From the NCBI GenBank assembly GCA_045597125.1, contig JAZODR010000021.1, forward strand, positions 22,062 to 86,061: a stretch of DNA of 64,000 nucleotides. The letters run 5' to 3'. Shown in pieces: positions 36,787-44,683 of the stretch (position 1 is the first letter of the stretch; each line of letters begins with the position of its first letter). The translations under genes were made by a program, and so were the position numbers. The notes under the pieces are model-generated. The model searched no databases, was not told the origin of the DNA, and was given only the letters and a program-made list of their open reading frames with translations. Source of the DNA: Eubacteriales bacterium. Its GTDB lineage: Bacteria; Bacillota; Clostridia; Oscillospirales; SIG627.

Positions 36787-37521
36787 ATGTCACAGACAGA
36801 TACTATGAAGCAGTATTTGCGACGTCTGGAAGACGAGTCTGCGGCGATTCGCTCACGGTATGCAAGTCTTGCTGCCGCAAGCGATGCGCAGTATCGGGCA
36901 AAAATTGAAAAGCTGGATATGGATTATGCTGCAGCGGTAAATGAAGCTTCTGCTCAATCTCAGATTAATTTGAAAAACAATCTGGAGAAAATGGCGGATG
37001 CGGGCTATACACGCTCCGGCGAAACGGTGCAGGCAACTATTGCAGCAGGTTCCGATCGGGCAAAGATGCTGTCTGCTTTGTCATCGCAGAGGGCTCAGGA
37101 TAAGAAGAGCTATGAAAGCGAAATGGCCCGAGCCCGAGAGGGCATTGTTCTGGAGGGAGAAAAGGAGGCGGCGGAATATGAAAACCGTGCTACGGAAATG
37201 ATTCTTGCCCAGCAGAACGCAGATCGGGAATTTGAGGCAACCCAGCGCCAGAGAGCCGTTGAGAATGAATTGAAACAGCGTTCTTTGGCTCAGGAGAAGA
37301 AAAATGAAGAGAAAGGAATCGTTCCCGAAAAAAATCCCTACGAATATGTGGAGCAAATTGTAAAACAAAACAGTCAGTACAACAAGAAGAAAGGGTACAC
37401 GGTGGTGGATCGCAAGGCAATTTTGCTGGCGATTTCTTCCGTGGTGAAGGACAAGCGTCTGTCTTATCAGTACCGTTATGAAATGTATTTGTACGGAAAA
37501 AGTTTGGGATATATTCAATAA
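36787..37521 (+). CDS. Hypothetical coiled-coil protein in the phage-like module
   Basis: 244 aa, A/E/Q/R-rich with heptad-like stretches. GGAAAGGAG SD. No family recognised. Confidence 0.35.
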   Translation: MSQTDTMKQYLRRLEDESAAIRSRYASLAAASDAQYRAKIEKLDMDYAAAVNEASAQSQINLKNNLEKMADAGYTRSGETVQATIAAGSDRAKMLSALSSQRAQDKKSYESEMARAREGIVLEGEKEAAEYENRATEMILAQQNADREFEATQRQRAVENELKQRSLAQEKKNEEKGIVPEKNPYEYVEQIVKQNSQYNKKKGYTVVDRKAILLAISSVVKDKRLSYQYRYEMYLYGKSLGYIQ

Positions 37522-37547
37522 AAAAAGAGCCGAAAGGCTCTTTTTTT
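37522..37547. terminator. Bidirectional terminator between the phage-like module and dpaB
   Basis: AAAAAAGAGCC-GAAA-GGCTCTTTTTTT. The T-run overlaps the dpaB stop codon. Confidence 0.8.
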
Positions 37548-38112
37548 ATTGAAAGATGGGTTGAAGCGATTTTCCGTTTAGCGCCGCTTCGATGGCATCG
37601 GGGATAAGATCAAAATTGCATACCAGGGAGGCGGGTTTTTCGGAAGGCGCATCTTGCCTCATGGGAACAAAGAAAATGCTTTTTTTATCGGCAAGCACGC
37701 CCAGACTTTTGGCAGAACCGGATAGGGCATCGTTGGTGGAGAGGGCAATGAGAATTTTTCCGCCACCGCGACGATGGGATTTTGCCGCCATTGTGACGCA
37801 TGTATCCGTAATCCCCAGGGCCATTTTGGAGAGCGTATTGCCCGTGCAGGGACAAATGACCAAAAGGTCCAGCATATGCTTCGGACCTAGGGGTTCCACC
37901 TCGGTCAGCGTTTGCAGGGGTATTTGTCCGCAGATGTTCTCCAATCGGGAAAGAACCTCTTGTGTTTTAAAAAAGCGGGTGTTGGTATTTGCAACCCGTT
38001 CCGAAATGATGGGAATCAGATGATATTGCTCCTTTAAGGCTTCCATAATCCGAAAGGTTTTTTCCAGTGAGCAGAAGGAGCCTGTCAGGGCAAAGCCTAC
38101 GGTTTTTTTCAT
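37546..38112 (-). CDS. dpaB: Dipicolinate synthase subunit B (flavoprotein family)
   Basis: GFALTGSFCSLEK...ICPCTGNTLSKMALGITDT...IALSTNDALS is SpoVFB-like. It is coupled to the dpaA-like gene by a 4-nt overlap. Confidence 0.8.
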   Translation of the reverse strand: MKKTVGFALTGSFCSLEKTFRIMEALKEQYHLIPIISERVANTNTRFFKTQEVLSRLENICGQIPLQTLTEVEPLGPKHMLDLLVICPCTGNTLSKMALGITDTCVTMAAKSHRRGGGKILIALSTNDALSGSAKSLGVLADKKSIFFVPMRQDAPSEKPASLVCNFDLIPDAIEAALNGKSLQPIFQ

Positions 38113-38885
38113 AATATACTCCTTTTGATAGATAGGGTGCGCGTTATCTCATACCAGATGGCATCGGCTTCCGATGCGGGGCAGTATTTTCCGGGAAGAC
38201 CGTGGAGGGGGAAAAAACGGATACCACGCTGTTCCAAAGCATTTGTATCAATGCCTGAAAATCCACTTGCTATTTGGAAAAACGAACTGTCATGTCGCAT
38301 GGTGGAAAGAAATTGAGTTGAAAAGATGGAATCGGGCACGGTATTGATGATTCCGTCGAACATTCCCAGTCCCTTGACGGGCGCAGGGTACACATTAAAG
38401 CCATCTGATTGTGCAAGGGCCTGTCCTCGTTCTCTTGACCAAACCCATACTTCACACCCGCAAAGCCACAAAAGACGTGCAATGGCGCGTCCGCAATTTC
38501 CGTAGCCGTAAATGAGAAAGCAAAGTTCGTCCAGCTTTCGGTGGGTATTTGTAATGATTTCCGCCAAAGTGCCTTCGGCGGTATGTTCTGCATTTTTTAA
38601 AAGGTATCGTTTCTTTTCTAAAAGGTAAGTCAAATGGATGTTCTTTTGCCCTGCATCCTCTTTCACATCGTTTGTGCTTTTCCCAAAAAAGACAAAGCTT
38701 CCTGATGGAATTTTGCCAAGGGCATCGAGGCACGCTTTTTCGTCGAGGTTGAAAGGGAAGAGGAAAACACCCGGCTCCGATGGGGTGTTTTCATTGTATT
38801 GTAAAACTTGAAAACCCGCCTCCTCGGCTATGGCGGAAAGGTGTGTGAAGCGAAGGTCGTTTGTTTTTGGCAGAATGAATTTCAT
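38109..38885 (-). CDS. dpaA: Dipicolinate synthase subunit A
   Basis: Rossmann motif IYGYGNCGRAIARLL, size and pairing with dpaB. ATG 38885 has GAAGGAGG upstream; the track GTG at 38909 is less likely. Confidence 0.7.
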   Translation of the reverse strand: MKFILPKTNDLRFTHLSAIAEEAGFQVLQYNENTPSEPGVFLFPFNLDEKACLDALGKIPSGSFVFFGKSTNDVKEDAGQKNIHLTYLLEKKRYLLKNAEHTAEGTLAEIITNTHRKLDELCFLIYGYGNCGRAIARLLWLCGCEVWVWSRERGQALAQSDGFNVYPAPVKGLGMFDGIINTVPDSIFSTQFLSTMRHDSSFFQIASGFSGIDTNALEQRGIRFFPLHGLPGKYCPASEADAIWYEITRTLSIKRSIL

Positions 38886-39029
38886 TACAGTTCCTCCTTC
38901 TGAATCCACACTTTATTTTATGCAAAGTATATATCTTTGCTACGGTTTTTTGGTGAAAATGTATCTTTTGTTTTATAGTTATATTTGGTATAATGAATTC
39001 GGAAAGAGTAAAATTATAAGGAGAATTTT

Positions 39030-40508
39030 ATGAAACGAATTTTATTTTTGTGTTTAGCGCTTGTGATGATGCTGACAAACCTTGCATCTTGCGCATCTTC
39101 CTTGTTGGCTCCGGAGACCGCCGCTGAAGAGCAGAATGTTAGCTCTGACAAGGAAACGGCCAATGAAAAACGCGATCCTACCGGTTTTTCCGCAGGTTTC
39201 GGTCGTGCTGTTATTAACCCTAAAAATCCTGTTGGCATGGCTGGCTATGGCAATGATAAAACTCGTCTATCTACAGCCGTCGGAAACGACTTGACTGTAT
39301 CCTGCATCGCTGTTTCTGATGGGGAGAATACCGCTTTGTTTTTCACTATTGATGTGCTTTCCATTGGTTATAAAAATCTTGAGAATATTCAAAAGCAGGT
39401 TGAGAAAAACTTGGGTATTAAGCCGGAATTCGTTATCGTTTCCGCAACTCATGCTCATTCTGCGCCTGCCATTGCCAATAGTGCGAATGAGTCTGTTGCA
39501 AATTATTTGAGACTGTTTTATCCTGCGGTTATCAAGGCGGCAAAGGATGCCGTGGCAGACCTTGACCGTTGCGAAATCAAGGTTGGATGTACTACTACTA
39601 CCGATCTTAGCTATGTGCGTCGCGTTTTCCGCGAGGATGGAACTTTTTACGGAACTAACTATGTTTCTACTAGCACCTCTCCCGTTGTTCGCTATGAAAC
39701 CGAGATAGATAATGAAATGCAGCTTTTGATGTTTGATCGTGTGAATGGCAAAGATATTCTGATGATGAATTGGCAGTGCCATGTAACCACTGCAGGCGGT
39801 CGCAATAACACCATTCTTTCTTCTGACTGGGTAGGCGTACTTCGCGAGAAAATAGAGAAGGAAGGTAATATACACTTTGCTTATTATCAGGGAGCTGCGG
39901 GCAATATTGTTTCCAATAGTTATATTACATCCGCTCCCAGAAATGATGATTACAACATTTATGGAAAGAAGATTGCTGATGTTGCTTTGGCGGCAATTCC
40001 TAAGATGGAAAAGGTTTTTTCCGGCAAAGTGAGCGCTACGAGCAAGATTGTCTCTTGCGAAAAGGATTTGGATATTTCTATGTATGATTTGGAGAAGGCG
40101 AAGTTGATTGCAGAACCTTATCGAGCAGGTGATTATGAAAAGGCAAAGTCTCTTTGTCTGGATTATGGATTCAATTCTCCTTATCACGCAAATGCGGTTG
40201 TAACCAAGAGTGAGAGTACGGAAACAGCATCGACGATGCCGCTTTCTGCTGTTTCTATCGGTGATGTAGGGTTTGCCGTTGCTCCTTATGAAATGTTTGA
40301 TACCAACGGACAGCAGATTAAGACAAATTCTCCTTACAAGATGACCTTTGTTTGCGCTTATTCTAATGGTGCGTATGGATATATTCCTTCTGAAATTGCT
40401 TGGCCTAACGGCGGTTATGAGGTAGATACATGTAAATATGTTAAGGGAACGGGCGAGATGTTGGCAAATGAATTGGTTTCGTTGCTTGGAGAAATAAAAA
40501 TAGATTAG
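39030..40508 (+). CDS. Neutral/alkaline ceramidase-like lipoprotein (function uncertain)
   Basis: MKRILFLCLALVMMLTNLASCASS is a lipobox signal. AGFGRAVINPKNPVGMAGYG...LTVSCIAVSD...FFTIDV...VSATHAHSAP resembles the ceramidase N-terminal domain pattern. Confidence 0.5.
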   Translation: MKRILFLCLALVMMLTNLASCASSLLAPETAAEEQNVSSDKETANEKRDPTGFSAGFGRAVINPKNPVGMAGYGNDKTRLSTAVGNDLTVSCIAVSDGENTALFFTIDVLSIGYKNLENIQKQVEKNLGIKPEFVIVSATHAHSAPAIANSANESVANYLRLFYPAVIKAAKDAVADLDRCEIKVGCTTTTDLSYVRRVFREDGTFYGTNYVSTSTSPVVRYETEIDNEMQLLMFDRVNGKDILMMNWQCHVTTAGGRNNTILSSDWVGVLREKIEKEGNIHFAYYQGAAGNIVSNSYITSAPRNDDYNIYGKKIADVALAAIPKMEKVFSGKVSATSKIVSCEKDLDISMYDLEKAKLIAEPYRAGDYEKAKSLCLDYGFNSPYHANAVVTKSESTETASTMPLSAVSIGDVGFAVAPYEMFDTNGQQIKTNSPYKMTFVCAYSNGAYGYIPSEIAWPNGGYEVDTCKYVKGTGEMLANELVSLLGEIKID

Positions 40509-40517
40509 GAATACGTT

Positions 40518-40555
40518 AAAAGTCCCCTTTATGCTTTAGCATAAAGGGGACTTTT
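40518..40555. terminator. Bidirectional terminator
   Basis: AAAAGTCCCCTTTATGC-TTTA-GCATAAAGGGGACTTTT. Confidence 0.8.
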
Positions 40556-40559
40556 GATT

Positions 40560-41291
40560 TTATCTTTCAATTCCAAGGTCTTCTAAAGTCAAAGAGGAAT
40601 AGTCCTCTTCCTCTTCTGTTTGTGGGGGAGTGGGTTCATTTTTTGCTTCCTTAATGGGAATCATACGAAGTCCTAAGGAGAGTGTGTAGAAGAAATAATA
40701 AAGGAAAGGGGAAATGGCGAAAAATGAATAACGAAAATAAGAGGTATGACCCATAGGAAGTAGTTGGGAAAAGTAGAAAAAGGAGTATTTTTCTTGGAAC
40801 AGCGCTGACAAAATCAGAAGCAAAATTTCAATTCCCAAATAAGAAAAAATCATAAGGGGAGCGATTTTTTTTGCGTCGGGTAAAAAAGCGGCAAAGGCGG
40901 AAAACACACCGATGAAAAGAATTCCCAGCATCGTTACAATTAAGGTGCCGTGGGTTTTTTCGTCCAGAAAAGAGGGGATGCGGAGTATGGCGTACAGGGT
41001 CATAGGCAGACAAGAAAGAAGTATTCCGATTCGCTCTTTATTTTGACAGAAGAAAACGGAAGCGCAAAGCAGAAAAAAGGGAGAAGCCATCCAAATGCAG
41101 TCTGCCACGGTACTCAAAAGACCGCTGTTTACTCCGATGGGAATTTCCCAACCATATTCGAAGCCCTTGGCATCGGAGTGCCAGGCCAGCGTGAAAAAGG
41201 TGAAAAAAAGCATCCCTGCAGAGAAGACTGCGGAAAGGGAAAGGAGGATTCGGCGGAGTGAGCTCATAGAAGTCTCCTTATGGTTTTTCAA
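40560..41291 (-). CDS. Polytopic membrane protein, unknown function
   Basis: About 6 hydrophobic spans and an acidic C-terminus (PQTEEEEDYSSLTLEDLGIER). No family recognised. The start may be the internal ATG at 41270. Confidence 0.45.
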   Translation of the reverse strand: MKNHKETSMSSLRRILLSLSAVFSAGMLFFTFFTLAWHSDAKGFEYGWEIPIGVNSGLLSTVADCIWMASPFFLLCASVFFCQNKERIGILLSCLPMTLYAILRIPSFLDEKTHGTLIVTMLGILFIGVFSAFAAFLPDAKKIAPLMIFSYLGIEILLLILSALFQEKYSFFYFSQLLPMGHTSYFRYSFFAISPFLYYFFYTLSLGLRMIPIKEAKNEPTPPQTEEEEDYSSLTLEDLGIER

Positions 41292-41350
41292 GTATCATAA
41301 CACAAACCAGGCGTTTTAGCAAGATGATTTGAAACAAAAGCGAAATGTCA

Positions 41351-41380
41351 TTGTGCGTCACGGCTGGTGTAATATATAAT
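41351..41380 (+). promoter_or_regulatory. Possible sigma-A-type promoter upstream of the small terminase-like gene
   Basis: TTGTGC, 18-nt spacer, TATAAT (41375-41380). Confidence 0.35.
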
Positions 41381-41408
41381 ATGGCAAAATAAAAAAGGAG
41401 AAAACACC

Positions 41409-41798
41409 GTGAAAAGATTGACCGAAGATATGGCAAGACAGCGAATCTGCGCCTATTTTGCCTCTCGCAGGGTGGAAAAGCGGGATTCGGATGGTAATGT
41501 GCTTGTGAATAAATGCGGGGAGGTGCTTTACGATGAAAAGCCTTGTACCGTTACGGGCCTTTCCCTTGCTCTGGGGTTTTCCCAAAGGGAAGAGCTTTTT
41601 GAAGTAAAAAATAAAAAAGTAAAAGTGCTCGTTGACCGAGCACTTTTGAAAATTGAAGAATATGCAGAGGAAAAGTTATTTTGTAAGGATACCTTCCACG
41701 GAGCAAAGCTTTTTCTGGAGGCCAACTATAAACGCTGGCAAGGAGAAGAAACCGAAGAGGTTGCAGGTCTTGGAGTTTGCTCTCAGTGGGCGGAGTAA
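41409..41798 (+). CDS. Phage terminase small subunit-like protein
   Basis: KPCTVTGLSLALGFSQREEL...ALLKIEEYAEEKLF...GAKLFLEANYKRWQGE follows the terS pattern (P-x-T-x-x-GLALALGxS ... AE..L ... G.IF.LKN..GW). GTG start with AAGGAG upstream. Confidence 0.7.
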   Translation: MKRLTEDMARQRICAYFASRRVEKRDSDGNVLVNKCGEVLYDEKPCTVTGLSLALGFSQREELFEVKNKKVKVLVDRALLKIEEYAEEKLFCKDTFHGAKLFLEANYKRWQGEETEEVAGLGVCSQWAE

Positions 41799-42407
41799 TC
41801 AAGGCTCGCGAATCAGATAAAAGGCGCCTTCGTGGATTTGGATGACGGTGCGTTTGGTTCCCTCGTTGCTGATGCCTAAGGTCAAAGACGGGGGAAGAGT
41901 CGCTTGTTCCAAGGGGTATTTTGCACCTGTTACCGAAATGATCCCCGTTCCGCTAAAGTCGAAAAGAGAAAAATAACCATCTGTAAAATTAAAGGTATGA
42001 ATACCGCGCGTCAGGTAATATACCAGGTAATGCTCGTCTATTAGTATTCCCTCGGCATTGTTTTCTGCCAGAAAGGCAAGGACTTGTAGATTTGCCAAGG
42101 AGTGGGAGAAGCGCTTTCCGCCCAAAGCGCCGTAAATGCGAAAATGTCGATATCCGCGGATAAGTCCTTCGCGAAGTGCTGCATGAATATCCGTATCGTC
42201 TTTGACAGGGGGGAGAACCACGGCTTGGATTCCCTCGGGGTTGTAGCCCAGAGAATCGCCGTCGCCGATGTAAAGATGGGGGCGGATGTTTGCTTTCGCA
42301 AGATGCTCATAGCCTGCGTCAGCAGCAATGAGAAAATCACTTGGGGCAAGGTGCAAAAGACTCTCGGAGAAATCTCCCGCGCCTACAACGTGGCAAATCT
42401 TTGGCAT
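41799..42407 (-). CDS. thiN: Thiamine pyrophosphokinase
   Basis: FLIAADAGYEHL, YIGDGDSLG, KDDTDIHAAL and RIYGALGGKRFSHSLANLQ are TPK motifs. It lies downstream of thiT behind a TPP riboswitch. Confidence 0.8.
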   Translation of the reverse strand: MPKICHVVGAGDFSESLLHLAPSDFLIAADAGYEHLAKANIRPHLYIGDGDSLGYNPEGIQAVVLPPVKDDTDIHAALREGLIRGYRHFRIYGALGGKRFSHSLANLQVLAFLAENNAEGILIDEHYLVYYLTRGIHTFNFTDGYFSLFDFSGTGIISVTGAKYPLEQATLPPSLTLGISNEGTKRTVIQIHEGAFYLIREP

Positions 42408-42410
42408 AGT

Positions 42411-43058
42411 CTATCCTTTCTTGATAGTGGGGATTTTTGCAAGGCAGAATCCTGAAAATGCGGTAATAAGAATTTCGGGCAGCATATAAAGCCCGTTATA
42501 AATGACGGAATAGCAAATGGCAAGACCTGCGCCGCTGAAGGTCTTCATAACCCAAGCGGAGATGGCAAGGTCTTTTGCCGCGCTTTCCGTAAAGAACCAT
42601 TCTGCCCAAGCGCCGTAAAAGATGGCGCCGGAAATTACGTGGAACAGGTAGCAAAGGGAAAGACCGAGAATGCTACCCCATAGAATTGCCCATTTTTTGG
42701 AGAGACGGTTGCGAAAAACACCTGCAAGGCCTACGGAGGTGAAGGCAAGTACATAGTCCAGAAGCAAAATGAGAATGGCGAAGCCTGCGCCCATATAGGA
42801 ATCGGATGTGGGTATAAACAGGGCGGAAACAGTCTTAAAGCCTACTGCCATTTGCATCAGAGCATACACGAAGGCGCTTCCCAGACCCCAGCTGATGCCG
42901 TACATCCAGGAGATGAGTACCAAAGGCAAAAGACTTGCCAGGGTAATGGTTCCTCCAAAGGGGAGATTGAGAAAGGGAATCCATTCGGATACGAAGGAAA
43001 TTGCGGTACCCAAGGCAATGAGCATTGCCGAGGTAACCAGTTTTTGGGTTTTGTTCAT
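42411..43058 (-). CDS. thiT: Thiamine transporter ThiT (ECF S-component)
   Basis: About 6 TM segments, N-terminal KLVTSAMLIALGTAISFV, and a position directly behind a TPP riboswitch. AAGGAG SD. Confidence 0.7.
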   Translation of the reverse strand: MNKTQKLVTSAMLIALGTAISFVSEWIPFLNLPFGGTITLASLLPLVLISWMYGISWGLGSAFVYALMQMAVGFKTVSALFIPTSDSYMGAGFAILILLLDYVLAFTSVGLAGVFRNRLSKKWAILWGSILGLSLCYLFHVISGAIFYGAWAEWFFTESAAKDLAISAWVMKTFSGAGLAICYSVIYNGLYMLPEILITAFSGFCLAKIPTIKKG

Positions 43059-43067
43059 AACAAACTC

Positions 43068-43107
43068 CTTAAATAAAAATTCGCACAGGACGGAAGTCCC
43101 GTGCGAA
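43068..43107 (-). terminator. Riboswitch expression-platform terminator
   Basis: On the minus strand: TTCGCACGGGA-CTTCCG-TCCTGTGCGAA (one G-U pair) followed by TTTTTATTT. It sits between the TPP aptamer and the thiT SD. Confidence 0.7.
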
Positions 43108-43125
43108 CGCGAATTTGGTTCTCAT

Positions 43126-43214
43126 AAAAACTCCCTACGCCGGTATTATCCATCTCAGGTTAAAGGGTTTGCGGTTATCCGCATCTCAGCCGTTGATACA
43201 GCACCCCTGTTTTT
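43126..43214 (-). promoter_or_regulatory. TPP (THI-box) riboswitch
   Basis: The minus strand reads AAAAAC-AGGGGTGC..GGCTGAGA..ACCCTTTAACCTGAGATGGATAATACCGGCGTAGGGA-GTTTTT. This carries the conserved GGGGUGC, CUGAGA, ACCUGA-x-x-GGAUAAUACC-x-GCGUAGGGA elements and a closing P1. Confidence 0.9.
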
Positions 43215-43234
43215 CCGCTCATGTGCGTGGCATT

Positions 43235-43263
43235 ATTCTAGTCTTTTTTTCACGGTTTGTCAA
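43235..43263 (-). promoter_or_regulatory. Sigma-A-type promoter of the thiT-thiN riboswitch operon
   Basis: On the minus strand: TTGACA, 17-nt spacer, TAGAAT. The -35 element lies 7 nt from the terL-like ATG on the other strand. Confidence 0.6.
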
Positions 43264-43270
43264 GAGAAAA

Positions 43271-44638
43271 ATGAATGCAACAGAAAAATTATTATCTTCC
43301 CTTCACCCTTTTCCGCCCCAAGAGGAGTTTTTCCGTGCCAAGGCGCGGAGGATTGCTTACGGCGGAGCAAGAGGAGGCGGGAAAAGCTTTGCTATGCGTG
43401 CAAAGCTGGTTTTACTTGCCCTGCGCTATTCGGGAATCCAAATTTTGCTTTTGCGCAGAAGCTTTCCCGAGCTTCGGGAAAATCATATCAATCCCTTACG
43501 CCGATGGCTCCACGGTATTGCCCATTTTCGCGAATCTACCAAGGAGTTTATTTTCCCCTCAGGCTCTCGCATCAAATTGGGGTATTTGGCTGAAGAAGCC
43601 GACGCTTTGCAGTATCAGGGACAAGCTTACGAAGTTATCGGAATGGAGGAGGCGACTCAATTTACCGAGAGTCAGTATTATGCCATGACTGAGTGTTGCC
43701 GACTTTCGGGAGCGATGCGGGAGAAATTCGTCCCGCGTATGTATTTTACAATGAATCCGGGTGGGGTGGGACACGCTTGGGTGAAAAGGCTTTTTATCGA
43801 TCGGGATTATCGCGAGGGCGAGTGTGCCGAGGATTACGTGTTTATCCCCTCTACCGTTTATGATAACCGTTATTTGCTTCAGGAGAATCCCGAGTATGTG
43901 CGCAATTTGGAGAGTCTTCCTCCTTTGCGGAGAAAGGCGATGCTGGAGGGGGATTGGGATGCCTTTGAGGGGCAATATTTTACCGAATTTGACCGAAGCC
44001 GTCACGAAATCGAGCCCTTTGAGATTCCAAAAACTTGGCATCGTTTTGCGGCAATGGACTATGGTCTGGATATGACCTGTTGTCTGTGGTTTGCCTATCC
44101 GCCCGACAGAAGCCGCCTTGTGGTTTATCGGGAACTTCATGAGCCCGATTTGGTGCTGTCCGAAGCGGCCGGAAAAATTGCAGAAATGACGGGAGGAGAG
44201 ACTTTGCGCTATATTGCAGCTTCTCCTGACCTTGCCGGAAGACGGCAGGACGTGGGGAAAACAGGTTTTGATATTATGGCTGCCGGTGGATTGAAAGGTC
44301 TTATTCCCGCGGAGAACAGCCGTATTCCCGGTTGGCGTCGGGTACGGGAATTTTTACGGGCGAATGGGGAGAAGGGAGCCTATTTCGGCATTTTTTCTCC
44401 TTGCCGTAATCTTCTTCGCACCTTGCCGCGGCTGACCTTTGACCCCGTGCATACCGAGGATACCGCTTTGACGCCTCACGAAATTACTCATGCGCCTGAT
44501 GCCTTGCGCTACGGACTTGCCTCTTTGTCTTTTTTGCCCGGAGAAAAACAGGAAACCAAGGAGCGGATTCGAGATTTGCGTACAGAATTTTTTGGAAAAA
44601 AAGGCAGTGACCCTTACTTTGATTTTTTGAAAAAGTAA
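43271..44638 (+). CDS. Phage terminase large subunit-like protein
   Basis: AYGGARGGGKSFAMRAKL (Walker A), VIGMEEATQF (Walker B-like), and C-terminal RNaseH-like acidic positions (AAMDYGLD, IAASPDLAG, HAPDALRY). ATG 43271 is the only start upstream of the Walker A that does not run into the riboswitch. The SD is poor. Confidence 0.75.
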   Translation: MNATEKLLSSLHPFPPQEEFFRAKARRIAYGGARGGGKSFAMRAKLVLLALRYSGIQILLLRRSFPELRENHINPLRRWLHGIAHFRESTKEFIFPSGSRIKLGYLAEEADALQYQGQAYEVIGMEEATQFTESQYYAMTECCRLSGAMREKFVPRMYFTMNPGGVGHAWVKRLFIDRDYREGECAEDYVFIPSTVYDNRYLLQENPEYVRNLESLPPLRRKAMLEGDWDAFEGQYFTEFDRSRHEIEPFEIPKTWHRFAAMDYGLDMTCCLWFAYPPDRSRLVVYRELHEPDLVLSEAAGKIAEMTGGETLRYIAASPDLAGRRQDVGKTGFDIMAAGGLKGLIPAENSRIPGWRRVREFLRANGEKGAYFGIFSPCRNLLRTLPRLTFDPVHTEDTALTPHEITHAPDALRYGLASLSFLPGEKQETKERIRDLRTEFFGKKGSDPYFDFLKK

Positions 44639-44667
44639 TTGACGAAGCGGCACTTCTTTGGTACACT
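44639..44667 (+). promoter_or_regulatory. Sigma-A-type promoter for the QueG-like gene
   Basis: TTGACG (44639-44644), 17-nt spacer, TACACT (44662-44667). It begins immediately after the terL-like stop. Confidence 0.45.
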
Positions 44668-44683
44668 TTTTTCGGAGGGTATT

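Noticed and set aside
38914-38922. Sigma-K-type -10 box (CATAAAATA on the minus strand) upstream of dpaA
   Set aside because: The -10 box fits CATA-N3-TA, but I find no AC-type -35 at the expected 16-17-nt spacing. The region is so AT-rich that such a match is weak evidence, so I did not annotate it.
42808-43593. 261-aa plus-strand ORF covering the thiT 5' end, the TPP riboswitch and the terL 5' end
   Set aside because: It is antisense to thiT and crosses a well-defined riboswitch and promoter. It is out of frame with the terminase-like ORF, which carries the recognisable motifs.
31773-44638. Reading the whole 31.8-44.6 kb span as one intact inducible prophage
   Set aside because: It lacks integrase, repressor, replication, tail and lysis genes. 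About half of the span is opposite-strand cellular genes with their own promoters, a riboswitch and terminators. It is reported instead as a dispersed head/packaging gene set.
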